Positions 1 to 7,938 of a DNA stretch of 21,104 nucleotides are shown here, in pieces. Location of the stretch: NCBI GenBank assembly GCA_026391215.1, contig JAPLDX010000046.1, positions 1-21,104 on the forward strand. The letters are read 5' to 3'. How positions within the stretch are numbered: position 1 is the stretch's first letter; each line of letters starts with the position of its first letter. The position numbers and the translations under genes are program-made. Origin of the DNA: Bacteroidia bacterium (GTDB lineage Bacteria > Bacteroidota > Bacteroidia > Bacteroidales > VadinHA17). The notes beneath the pieces are model-generated. The model ran no database searches, was not told the DNA's origin, and saw only the letters and a program-made list of their open reading frames with translations.

Positions 1-791
1 CCGTTACATATTTCACGGATAATGTCTGTCTCGCGCGGTGATACATCATACTTCCTGCAGAAGTCATCGAAAGACAACTCTTTGCCTGGCTCCTCTGTAA
101 AAGCAGAAACCATAGTACCATATGTGAAATACACAGGCAGAAAGGTATAGCCGATAAAAAAAATAAGAATAAATGCCAGGCCGATAAATACTGAAATTGT
201 GTAAAAAAAGAGCGGAATGCATTGCAGGAACATCACAGCAAATATTCCTGTAGCAATTTTTCTGCTGTCATATGTATGAATGAATGCCCTGTTGCTTTTC
301 GGGAACATTATGAGCATTGCGGCAGCGGAAGAATAGAATGCATTCATTATAATAAAGTAATATCGTATCAGGACTTCCGGCTTTATTGATTTAATTTCTG
401 AGATCAATAAGCCCATACCAATTATTATTGCGAAATTGATCAGAAGGAACCAGAGAAGGTGCCGGTTATTATATTTTCTTCCTGAAATTTCACCTGAGAA
501 CCTTATAAGCATAAGCCAGGCAAAGACCAGGAAAGGAAGACCCAGGAGCAATGAAATATCAGTAAAGCGTTCAATCAGGATGGGTTCAATATAAGGTGCC
601 AGGAAAGCTTTTATAATTACCTGTCCCCATATTCCATAGAAGCCGAATGTGAAGATGAACACCAGAAAGTATAGCAATGACGAGAATAATTCTGTCCTGA
701 ACCTGTTCCTGAGCCGCGTGGCAAGAACTACGCTACCTGCTGCCAGAGCTACAGACAGGATAAAAATCAGCCAAACAAGATATTTCAGCAT
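1..791 (-). CDS. Membrane-embedded LuxR-family HTH transcriptional regulator (3' end runs off the window)
   Basis: Not in the ORF track. Manual minus-strand translation from ATG at 791 is open to position 1: MLKYLVWLIFILSVALAAGSVVLA...LLYFLVFIFTFGFYGIWGQ... with about 7 hydrophobic segments, ending ELSFDDFCRKYDVSPRETDIIREICNG, the start of a LuxR/GerE HTH (LSxRExEI-type). No receiver domain. Confidence 0.85.
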   Translation of the reverse strand, partial: MLKYLVWLIFILSVALAAGSVVLATRLRNRFRTELFSSLLYFLVFIFTFGFYGIWGQVIIKAFLAPYIEPILIERFTDISLLLGLPFLVFAWLMLIRFSGEISGRKYNNRHLLWFLLINFAIIIGMGLLISEIKSIKPEVLIRYYFIIMNAFYSSAAAMLIMFPKSNRAFIHTYDSRKIATGIFAVMFLQCIPLFFYTISVFIGLAFILIFFIGYTFLPVYFTYGTMVSAFTEEPGKELSFDDFCRKYDVSPRETDIIREICN

Positions 792-813
792 AATAATATA
801 AAGGTATTCAGAT

Positions 814-865
814 TATTTTGGATTTCGGATTGTTGATTTCGGATTTTTTTAAATATTGAAATCCG
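814..865. repeat. Degenerate 7-bp tandem repeat with an inverted copy
   Basis: TATTTTG GATTTCG GATTGTT GATTTCG GATTTTT (814-848). CGGATTT (840-846) is complementary to AAATCCG (859-865). Confidence 0.6.
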
Positions 866-915
866 CTCCCGCTGCACGGGATATCGTCACTTCGTTCCTC
901 CAGATCCGCAGTTAC

Positions 916-972
916 TACTAAAGTATTGCCATGCATACTAAAGTAGGAAAAAGAAAAAACACTACAATAGTA
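916..972. promoter_or_regulatory. Candidate LuxR-type operator boxes TACT-N2-AGTA
   Basis: TACTAAAGTA at 916-925 and again at 936-945 (20-bp period), plus variant TACAATAGTA at 963-972, between the divergent regulator and membrane protein genes. Confidence 0.6.
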
Positions 973-997
973 TGAAGCCGGTTACAAAAACAGGATT

Positions 998-1005
998 TAC
1001 ATTTG
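998..1005 (+). promoter_or_regulatory. Bacteroidota -7 promoter element (TACATTTG) for the 1045 gene
   Basis: Exact TAnnTTTG match 40 bp upstream of the ATG. No canonical TTTG -33 element at the usual spacing. Confidence 0.65.
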
Positions 1006-1044
1006 TTACGTAATGCACAATTAATTTCACTAATAATTTAAAAA

Positions 1045-1791
1045 ATGGAAACAAGTAATGAATACAAATTGATCCCAACCTTCGGCAACAGTTTTGGAAC
1101 AGGGTGGAGAGTTATGACTGATAATTTCATCAGATTGCTCCTGATAACTATTGTTGTGGCCATAATATCAGGGCCGATCCAGATGATAAATTTTAAGTTT
1201 GACAATAATGATTTCCACGGAGCACCATGGGAATGGGCAGGTAACATGCATAGCATAATCAACTGGGCTTCTCTAGGCATGCTGGCAGCATTTTTCGGAA
1301 TGCTTGCACTGCTGTTTACATTATTTGTGGTACCAATATTTGAGTACGGAGCAGATATGACCTTTGTTCAGGCTGTTAGAAAGATCAAACCCGATTTTGA
1401 ACTACTCATAAGAGGTTTCTGGCAGAATTACCTTCATATAGTACTGGCGAATTTACTGGTGGGCGCACTTATCGTACTGGGGTGTTTTGCGATATTAGTT
1501 CCCGGGATTATAATCGCATGCCGCCTGGTTTTTGTCTCATACATTGTTATGGATAAAAAGCTGGATCCAATAGAAGCAGTGGAATTAAGCTGGAAACTTA
1601 CCAGGGGGCATGGATGGAGGATCTTCGCCATGGGGCTTGTCTCCTTTTTCATTCTCATATTTGGGCTTATGCTGTTTTTTGTCGGGATATTCCCCGCAAT
1701 AATGTGGATTTCAAGTTCATTTGCAACTCTTTACCAGTCAGTGCTTAATGAAAAGGAAAAACCAGCAGAGCAACCAGTAGTAGCACAATAA
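1045..1791 (+). CDS. Integral membrane protein of unknown function (DUF975 / GDPD-membrane-domain-like)
   Basis: 248 aa with several TM segments and the pattern 'PGIIIACRLVFVSYIVMDKKLDPIEAVELSWKLTRGHGWRIF' typical of this membrane family. Confidence 0.75.
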   Translation: METSNEYKLIPTFGNSFGTGWRVMTDNFIRLLLITIVVAIISGPIQMINFKFDNNDFHGAPWEWAGNMHSIINWASLGMLAAFFGMLALLFTLFVVPIFEYGADMTFVQAVRKIKPDFELLIRGFWQNYLHIVLANLLVGALIVLGCFAILVPGIIIACRLVFVSYIVMDKKLDPIEAVELSWKLTRGHGWRIFAMGLVSFFILIFGLMLFFVGIFPAIMWISSSFATLYQSVLNEKEKPAEQPVVAQ

Positions 1792-1824
1792 CGGCATTCA
1801 TTTTTCTTTCTTAATATGTTTTCT

Positions 1825-1863
1825 CCTGCCGCGGGCATTTGCCCCGGCAGGTTTTTTCTTTTT
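1825..1863 (+). terminator. Rho-independent terminator
   Basis: CCTGCCG-C-GGGCA TT TGCCC-CGGCAGG GC-rich stem with one bulge, followed by TTTTTTCTTTTT, about 35 bp after the 1791 stop. Confidence 0.85.
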
Positions 1864-1911
1864 ATTGCATAACTTTATAGAATGGTAAACAATCAGAATA
1901 TATCAGCCTGG

Positions 1912-2910
1912 ATGAAAAAAGCTACTTTGATAATATTCTTGATGATTATATGTTTACCAGGGTATTCGCAGGAATTACGGGGTGCAGTTTATGATGAAAA
2001 CACAAAACTGCCTTTGACCAATGTCAATGTGTTTTTCAATGGTACGACTGTAGGAACAAAAACAGACAGAAACGGAAATTTTGTACTGTTTATCACTGGA
2101 AACCAGAAACTTCCGTTAGCATTCAGCGCTATCGGGTATAATTCATTTTTGTTGACGGAATATCCTTCCGATAAAAGGCTAAAGATACTGTTAGTCCCCA
2201 AAATTTATGAACTTGATGAAGTCGTTATAATTTCGAAGAGGACCAGACGGGAAAGGATAGCACGGAATGATTATTTAGATATGTTCAAAAAACAGTTTCT
2301 GGGCGAAACGATAAATGCATTTACATGTAAAATACTGAATGAAAGCGACCTGATATTTCACTATAATGATAAAGAGTTGCTTCTGACCGCATATTCACCA
2401 AGGCCCCTGATAATCAATAACTATGCTCTCGGTTACCAGATCACTTTTTATCTCGATTCTTTTGAATACACTCAGTTTCCTTATTCTATGACATATATCG
2501 GCGGCTATATTTTCAGGGAAGATTCCACTTTAGGTGAAAAAGCACGGATCAAGGCAGAGAACAGGAGAAGACTGGCATATCTGGGATCACGTATGCATCT
2601 GATGCGCTCTTTGTGGGAAAATGAACTTGATCCTGCAGGATTCCTAATAAGGAATTCCCATTATAAAAAAGTCAACTATGACAGCCTGGTCGTTCAAATA
2701 GATTCCTCCGATAAATACCTGGTTAACAAGGGGAGTTTCTTCATAGCGTATATGTCGAAAAATAGCAGCAGCGAGATTGATATTGCAAACGATACTGTAT
2801 ATTTCAATAAGTTTGGTTATTTTGACCCTTTGGGCATTAAATGGACGGGAGAGATGGCAAGACAAAGAATTGCAGATTTACTGCCTTTTGATTACATCTT
2901 AAAAAAATAA
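1912..2910 (+). CDS. Exported protein with an N-terminal carboxypeptidase-regulatory-like (CarbopepD_reg_2) domain
   Basis: Signal peptide MKKATLIIFLMIICLPGYSQ, so the start is more likely 1912 than 1882. It is followed by 'LRGAVYDENTKLPLTNVNV...GTKTDRNGNF...FSAIGY...YELDEVVI'. Too short to carry a TonB-dependent barrel. Confidence 0.8.
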   Translation: MKKATLIIFLMIICLPGYSQELRGAVYDENTKLPLTNVNVFFNGTTVGTKTDRNGNFVLFITGNQKLPLAFSAIGYNSFLLTEYPSDKRLKILLVPKIYELDEVVIISKRTRRERIARNDYLDMFKKQFLGETINAFTCKILNESDLIFHYNDKELLLTAYSPRPLIINNYALGYQITFYLDSFEYTQFPYSMTYIGGYIFREDSTLGEKARIKAENRRRLAYLGSRMHLMRSLWENELDPAGFLIRNSHYKKVNYDSLVVQIDSSDKYLVNKGSFFIAYMSKNSSSEIDIANDTVYFNKFGYFDPLGIKWTGEMARQRIADLLPFDYILKK

Positions 2911-3015
2911 CAAACTCATAAGATGGATTATGAAAAGCTTTTATTTGGTACACGTCTTGTACTGAAACTGAAATTTCAGTAACTTTACAGATTATATCTA
3001 AAACATTTTTGACTC

Positions 3016-4035
3016 ATGAAAACTAGAACAATATTATTAACGATTGTATTAATTTTTGCTATACCTGCAGTATCAGAAGCTCAGGTTGGTAATCTGCTAA
3101 AGAACAAGGTGGGCAAGGTAATTAATGCCGGAGTCAAAGTACTTGATAAAGAGGCGGACAAGAAAATTGATTCAGTTGCGACCAAGGAAGCCCAGGAGGC
3201 ATATGATAAAGCAGAGAGGGACAGGGCTGAACAAGAGGCAGCACAGGCAAAAGAGGCAGATCAGGGTGAACAGGGAGAGCAGGCGAAAGAGACTGATCAG
3301 AAGGCATCTGATAAGCCCGCAGGAGGGGGATTGAACCTCGGAGGACTGATGGGTGGAAAGGTCACTTCAAAATATAATGATACCTATTCATTCAATAACA
3401 GGATCTTTACTCAGGCAGAAATGTATGATAATAAAGATGTGATGAAAATGGATTATTACATCTATTTCAATGATAATACACAGGATGCAGGATTTGAATC
3501 AAAAATGGAAGGCTCCACTGAGGATTCCGGTGAAGTAACATTAGCCAGTGCCTTTATCTATGACGGCGTAAATAGATCTTTCATCATGATGACCGATATG
3601 GGCGGAATGAGAGTTGGCGTCATCAGTGAAGTGCCTGAAGAGAATACTGCTGAAGAACAGGCTGCAACAGAAACCTCAAAAACGACAATTACCAAAACAG
3701 GAAATACCAGGATGATCGCAGGCTATAAATGCGATGAATATAAATATATCGATAATGAGACAAAAGATAATGGAAAGATATGGGCTACTAAAGATCTGAA
3801 GCTTCAGGCCGATAAACGTACCTTCTCAAAAGCCGGGATGTCAGCATATTATGGCAGCAAGGAACTGGACAATTCTGTTGTTCTTGGAATGGAGTCTTAC
3901 AACAAGAAGGGTGAACTTGAGATGAAATCAGAGACCAGGGAAGTTAACCTGGGATATAAGCATACTATGTCGACCACAGGCTACTCATACAGGCAAATGA
4001 ATTTCAATCAGGCAGGACAGCAGAAGAAAAAGTAA
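3016..4035 (+). CDS. Exported DUF4412-like protein
   Basis: Signal peptide ending AVSEA-Q, a charged low-complexity helical linker, and the C-terminal motif 'KTGNTRMIAGYKCDEY...GKIWATKDL' characteristic of DUF4412/GLPGLI-like proteins. Confidence 0.75.
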   Translation: MKTRTILLTIVLIFAIPAVSEAQVGNLLKNKVGKVINAGVKVLDKEADKKIDSVATKEAQEAYDKAERDRAEQEAAQAKEADQGEQGEQAKETDQKASDKPAGGGLNLGGLMGGKVTSKYNDTYSFNNRIFTQAEMYDNKDVMKMDYYIYFNDNTQDAGFESKMEGSTEDSGEVTLASAFIYDGVNRSFIMMTDMGGMRVGVISEVPEENTAEEQAATETSKTTITKTGNTRMIAGYKCDEYKYIDNETKDNGKIWATKDLKLQADKRTFSKAGMSAYYGSKELDNSVVLGMESYNKKGELEMKSETREVNLGYKHTMSTTGYSYRQMNFNQAGQQKKK

Positions 4036-4046
4036 AATTATACAAC

Positions 4047-4191
4047 GTACTCACCCCCTTAAATTCCCCCTCTCTACTTCGTAAAGAGGGGGAACTTATT
4101 TACATACCGGACCGTACTCCCCCTCTAGGCTTCAGCAGAGAGGGGGTTGGGGGGTGAGTACATGAAGATACAGAGAGGGGATTTCAGGGGG
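4047..4191. repeat. Branched REP-like palindromic element between convergent genes
   Basis: Outer perfect 12-bp IR GTACTCACCCCC (4047-4058) / GGGGGTGAGTAC (4150-4161). Inner hairpins TTCCCCCTCTCTAC-TTC-GTAAAGAGGGGGAA (4064-4094) and CCCCCTCT...AGAGGGGG (4119-4146). A partial inverted extra copy lies at 4172-4191. Confidence 0.8.
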
Positions 4192-6462
4192 TCATATTTT
4201 TTTCAGCTTTGCAAATCTCAACAGCAGTTTTTTCCGGCCATTATTTTGGAATTCAACAGAAGCTGTTGTATTCGGAGGTTCACCTTCTATTGATACAATG
4301 ATGCCATTGCCGAACCTCTCATGCTGAACTGTGTCGCCCTCTGCAAACTCCGATGGATCGCTTCCGTTGAAAGGAGTATATTGCTGACTTACAGGCTTTA
4401 ACTGTTTTCTGAACCTTGGTTTTTCAGGATATGATGATACTTCTTCCCTGAACATCTCCCGTCCGCTGCTTTTTGCATGAAAGGGTTTTCCCCCGGTCTG
4501 AGGATAATGAAGATACTTCTGATCGATCTCACGCAGGAACCTGCTCGGATTGCTTCTTTCGAGGTTTCCCCACTTATACCTGTTAAGGGCATAGCTAAGG
4601 GTGGCAAGCTTTTCCGCACGGGTAATAGCCACATAGAAAAGACGCCGCTCCTCCTCAAGCTCCTTAGAACTTCCTGCCGATAAGGGTGAAGGGAAAAGAG
4701 TATCCTCCATTCCTACAATATACACATGCTTGAATTCCAGTCCTTTAGCCGAGTGCATCGTCATCAGCGTCACTTTGTTGCGATCCTCCTCCTTCTCATT
4801 GTCCTGGTCGGTAAGCAGGGCAACATTTGCGAGATATGCCTCAAGAGTTGAAGGCTCTCCATTAGTCTCTGCAGCCTCTGTAAATATCTTGATTGCATTC
4901 AGTAGCTCCTCAAGGTTTTCATAACGGCTTATCTCTTCCGGCAGTTTACCGTCCCTGAGCTCTTTCATTATGCCGGAGCCGAATGCAATTTCATTCGCTT
5001 TGGAAAATGCATCCGTTTTATCGGTATCGAGGGACAGCATGTTGATGATTTCAATATACCCTGACAGTTTTTTTACTGTACCGGAATTGAAATGATCAGG
5101 ATATTTACCTGCCTCAGCCAGTATATTCCATGCCGGGGTATTCGTATCGCCAGCCAGCTCAAGTATCTTCTGAACAGTTGTATCACCGATACCTCTTTTC
5201 GGGTAGTTGACAGATCTTTTAAGGCTTTCCTCATCATCATGATTGATCACCATCCTGAAATAGGCAAGGATGTCCTTTATCTCCTTGCGTTCATAAAATG
5301 AGAGGCCGCCATAGATTTTATATGGGATATTCTTCCTGCGAAGCGTCTCTTCAAATATCCTGCTCTGGGCATTTGTCCTGTACAGAATGGCAAAGTCATT
5401 CCAGCTGAGCTGCTGGGAAAGGCTCCTGTCTAATATATCTGAAGCTACATTAAATCCTTCTTCTGTATCAGTCATGGCCTGCATAACCATTATCTTTTCC
5501 CCGGGTTCATTCTTTGAATAAACCTGTTTATGTATCTGCCCTTCGTTGTTCGCAATGATCTCATTGGCTGCATTAACAATAGTCTGTGTCGACCGGTAAT
5601 TCTGCTCAAGCTTAAAAAGCTGGTAGTCAGTGTAATCATTTTTAAAGTCCAGGATATTTTCAATTCTTGCTCCGCGGAAGGAGTAAATGCTCTGGGCATC
5701 ATCTCCCACCACACAAAGGTTATGATGTATCGCTGCAAGCCTTTTCACGATGAGATACTGAGCATAATTAGTGTCCTGATATTCATCCACAAGGATATAC
5801 CTGAATCTCTCCTGGTAGGCAGCAAGCACATCAGGAAAATCCCGGAACAGGATATTTGTATTCATAAGGAGATCATCAAAATCCATTGCATTTGCCTTGA
5901 AGCATCGTGACGAATATATTTTAAAAATCTCCGCAAGAAGGGGCATCCTGCTGGCTTTATCATATTCGTACATTGAGGTGTCGGCTGCATACATGTTTGC
6001 TGTTATCAGGCTATTTTTTGATGATGATATCCTTGCGGCTATAACACCCGGTTTGTAGACATTATCATCCAGGTTGAGCTCTTTTATTATTGTCCTTACC
6101 AGGCTCTTTGAGTCGACAGAATCATAAATAGTGTAATTTGATTTGTATCCCAGCCTGTCGCCTTCAATCCTCAGTATCCTTGCAAATATTGAATGAAAGG
6201 TGCCCATCCACAGGTAACGTGCAATTTCAGAGCCTGCTATTCTTGCGATCCGCTCCTTCATTTCTCCCGCGGCTTTGTTTGTAAACGTGAGAGCGAGGAT
6301 ATTTCCTGCAGGTACTCCCTTCTGAAGCAGATGAGCGATCCGGTAGGTGAGTACCCGTGTCTTACCCGCACCTGCTCCGGCAATTACAAGAGCAGGTCCT
6401 TCAGTATGTATGACAGCCTGCTGCTGAGCTTCATTCAGGTCGTTAAGATAATTACGGGTCAT
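4192..6462 (-). CDS. pcrA: ATP-dependent DNA helicase PcrA/UvrD (SF1)
   Basis: LNEAQQQAV (Q motif), AGAGAGKT (Walker A), TFTNKAA, VDEYQD, VGDDAQSIYSFRGA, LEQNYRS, MTMHSAKGLEF, EERRLFYVAITRA and a C-terminal Tudor-like domain 'GDTVQHERFGNG'. Start placed at ATG 6462 (MTRNYL) rather than 6558. Confidence 0.95.
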   Translation of the reverse strand: MTRNYLNDLNEAQQQAVIHTEGPALVIAGAGAGKTRVLTYRIAHLLQKGVPAGNILALTFTNKAAGEMKERIARIAGSEIARYLWMGTFHSIFARILRIEGDRLGYKSNYTIYDSVDSKSLVRTIIKELNLDDNVYKPGVIAARISSSKNSLITANMYAADTSMYEYDKASRMPLLAEIFKIYSSRCFKANAMDFDDLLMNTNILFRDFPDVLAAYQERFRYILVDEYQDTNYAQYLIVKRLAAIHHNLCVVGDDAQSIYSFRGARIENILDFKNDYTDYQLFKLEQNYRSTQTIVNAANEIIANNEGQIHKQVYSKNEPGEKIMVMQAMTDTEEGFNVASDILDRSLSQQLSWNDFAILYRTNAQSRIFEETLRRKNIPYKIYGGLSFYERKEIKDILAYFRMVINHDDEESLKRSVNYPKRGIGDTTVQKILELAGDTNTPAWNILAEAGKYPDHFNSGTVKKLSGYIEIINMLSLDTDKTDAFSKANEIAFGSGIMKELRDGKLPEEISRYENLEELLNAIKIFTEAAETNGEPSTLEAYLANVALLTDQDNEKEEDRNKVTLMTMHSAKGLEFKHVYIVGMEDTLFPSPLSAGSSKELEEERRLFYVAITRAEKLATLSYALNRYKWGNLERSNPSRFLREIDQKYLHYPQTGGKPFHAKSSGREMFREEVSSYPEKPRFRKQLKPVSQQYTPFNGSDPSEFAEGDTVQHERFGNGIIVSIEGEPPNTTASVEFQNNGRKKLLLRFAKLKKI

Positions 6463-6494
6463 CAGTTTTACAGAATTACAGCGTTTGGGTGGGG

Positions 6495-6502
6495 TAAAAT
6501 TA
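6495..6502 (-). promoter_or_regulatory. Probable -7 element (TAATTTTA) for pcrA
   Basis: Near-consensus TAnnTTTG variant about 33 bp upstream of ATG 6462, which supports the shorter start. Confidence 0.45.
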
Positions 6503-6629
6503 ACAAATACAAAATCAGTGAAACCGAATGTTGAAAAATTCGACGTAAAATTTATCAACAGAATTTATTATTATTGCGGAGTATTATACAAATAGGATTG
6601 TAGAATCCGTTTATAAAAGAAATCTCAGA

Positions 6630-7871
6630 GTGCCTGTGCGTTATTGGTTTGTCTTTGCAGCCGTTTTTATGCCTTTGTTGTTAAATGGCCAGCTTACTTC
6701 CCCCGGGGCTGGAACCATGAGATATACCTCGTACCCGTCATCACCAGGAGTCAAGGATCCGGTATTTATTTATTGCAGTCAGACAGGTACCGAATCGGGA
6801 ACGCTTACTTCCACAAGACCAGGAGGAGGCGGTCCTTTCACATTTAAATGGTTTCGCTGGAATGAACTGAAAAAGAGCTTCAGCGATTCGATTAAAACAG
6901 ATATAGGGGTAACATCTTCGACTATAAACAATCTTGCAGAAGGCGGTTATAAAGTGGATATAGAAAGTTCAGGTATTCCTGATACGAGCTTTGTGGGATG
7001 GATAGCTTTTGATAAGCCGCCCTATGTGGATGCAAAGCTGAAAAACCCGATGAAACATTGTAATTATGTCGCTCTTGATGGTGACACATCAGCTACTGTT
7101 AAAACTTTCCGGTATTATGATAAAGTGACGGGAATACCTCTGAACATGAGGAATGCGTTGACTTTCACATGGTCATCAGAGCCGACATCATCAATTCCAC
7201 ATCCATCTACTGAAATAGATCCCATTACTTTTTCACCTCCTCTTGAGGATGTGACATATAAGCTCAAGGTGAACTCACTTACCTGCAGCAGTGAATCATC
7301 ATTCTTATATGAATCGATCCACGTAAATGCAGATTTTACTGTTGATCCCATAGAAGGAGAAGCACCTCTTGAAGTAGCAATAACAAATACTTCAGTGAGG
7401 GGATATATTTATACCTGGGATTTTGGTGACAGCACCTTTTCAGATCTCGAAAATCCCGATCCGCATATCTATTATAAGCCTGGTGAGTATACAGTTTTGC
7501 TTACAATTGAAAGCGAGCGTCATTGCATTGATTCGCTGAGATCAGAAAAAATTACTGTAGAGCCATCATTCATTAATATCCCTAATGTCTTCACACCCGA
7601 CGGGGACGGATATAATGACCTGTTCATGGTTGAATCCAAATCGCTGAGGTATATAAGCATGGAGGTTTTCAGCCAGTCAGGATTTAAAGTATATGGTTTC
7701 AGTGGGGAAGGAGAAAGCCTGAGGGAGTGGACAGGCTGGGATGGCAATGTCAACAATTCCTCAAGAAAAGCAACTCCCGGTGTCTATTTTTATATCATCC
7801 GCGCATTGGGATGGGATGATATAAGGTATGACAGCAAAGAATACCGTGGATATCTGTATCTATACAGATAA
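6630..7871 (+). CDS. PKD-domain protein with a T9SS type-B (gliding motility-associated / CHU_C) C-terminal sorting domain
   Basis: GTG start and signal peptide. PKD motif 'YTWDFGD...NPDPHIYYKPGEYTVLL'. C-terminal 'IPNVFTPDGDGYNDLF...WDG...GVYFYII...GYLYLYR'. Confidence 0.88.
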   Translation: MPVRYWFVFAAVFMPLLLNGQLTSPGAGTMRYTSYPSSPGVKDPVFIYCSQTGTESGTLTSTRPGGGGPFTFKWFRWNELKKSFSDSIKTDIGVTSSTINNLAEGGYKVDIESSGIPDTSFVGWIAFDKPPYVDAKLKNPMKHCNYVALDGDTSATVKTFRYYDKVTGIPLNMRNALTFTWSSEPTSSIPHPSTEIDPITFSPPLEDVTYKLKVNSLTCSSESSFLYESIHVNADFTVDPIEGEAPLEVAITNTSVRGYIYTWDFGDSTFSDLENPDPHIYYKPGEYTVLLTIESERHCIDSLRSEKITVEPSFINIPNVFTPDGDGYNDLFMVESKSLRYISMEVFSQSGFKVYGFSGEGESLREWTGWDGNVNNSSRKATPGVYFYIIRALGWDDIRYDSKEYRGYLYLYR

Positions 7872-7933
7872 CGGCTCAAAGGTGTTTCGTCGTTGTGCCG
7901 TTGCGCCATTACTCCTTCGTGCCGTTTTTATTT
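7870..7933. repeat. 8-bp-unit degenerate tandem array with inverted arm; probable terminator between convergent genes
   Basis: Units GTCGTTGT GCCGTTGC GCCATTAC TCCTTCGT GCCGTTTT (7889-7928). AACGGCTCAAAGG (7870-7882) matches the reverse complement of CCTTCGTGCCGTT (7914-7926) at 11/13 positions, and a T-rich tail follows. Confidence 0.7.
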
Positions 7934-7938
7934 CACTA

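Noticed and set aside
1882-1911. Upstream ATG for the carboxypeptidase-regulatory-like protein
   Set aside because: ATG 1912 gives a typical MKK-hydrophobic signal peptide. ATG 1882 lies only a few bases after the TAACTTTA promoter-like element.
2916-2933. TCATAA-GATGGA-TTATGA hairpin as a terminator
   Set aside because: The 6-bp AT-rich stem is too weak to call with confidence.
6463-6558. 32-aa N-terminal extension of PcrA given in the ORF track
   Set aside because: It begins at a non-ATG codon, homology starts at MTRNYLNDLN, and a -7-like promoter element lies inside the extension.
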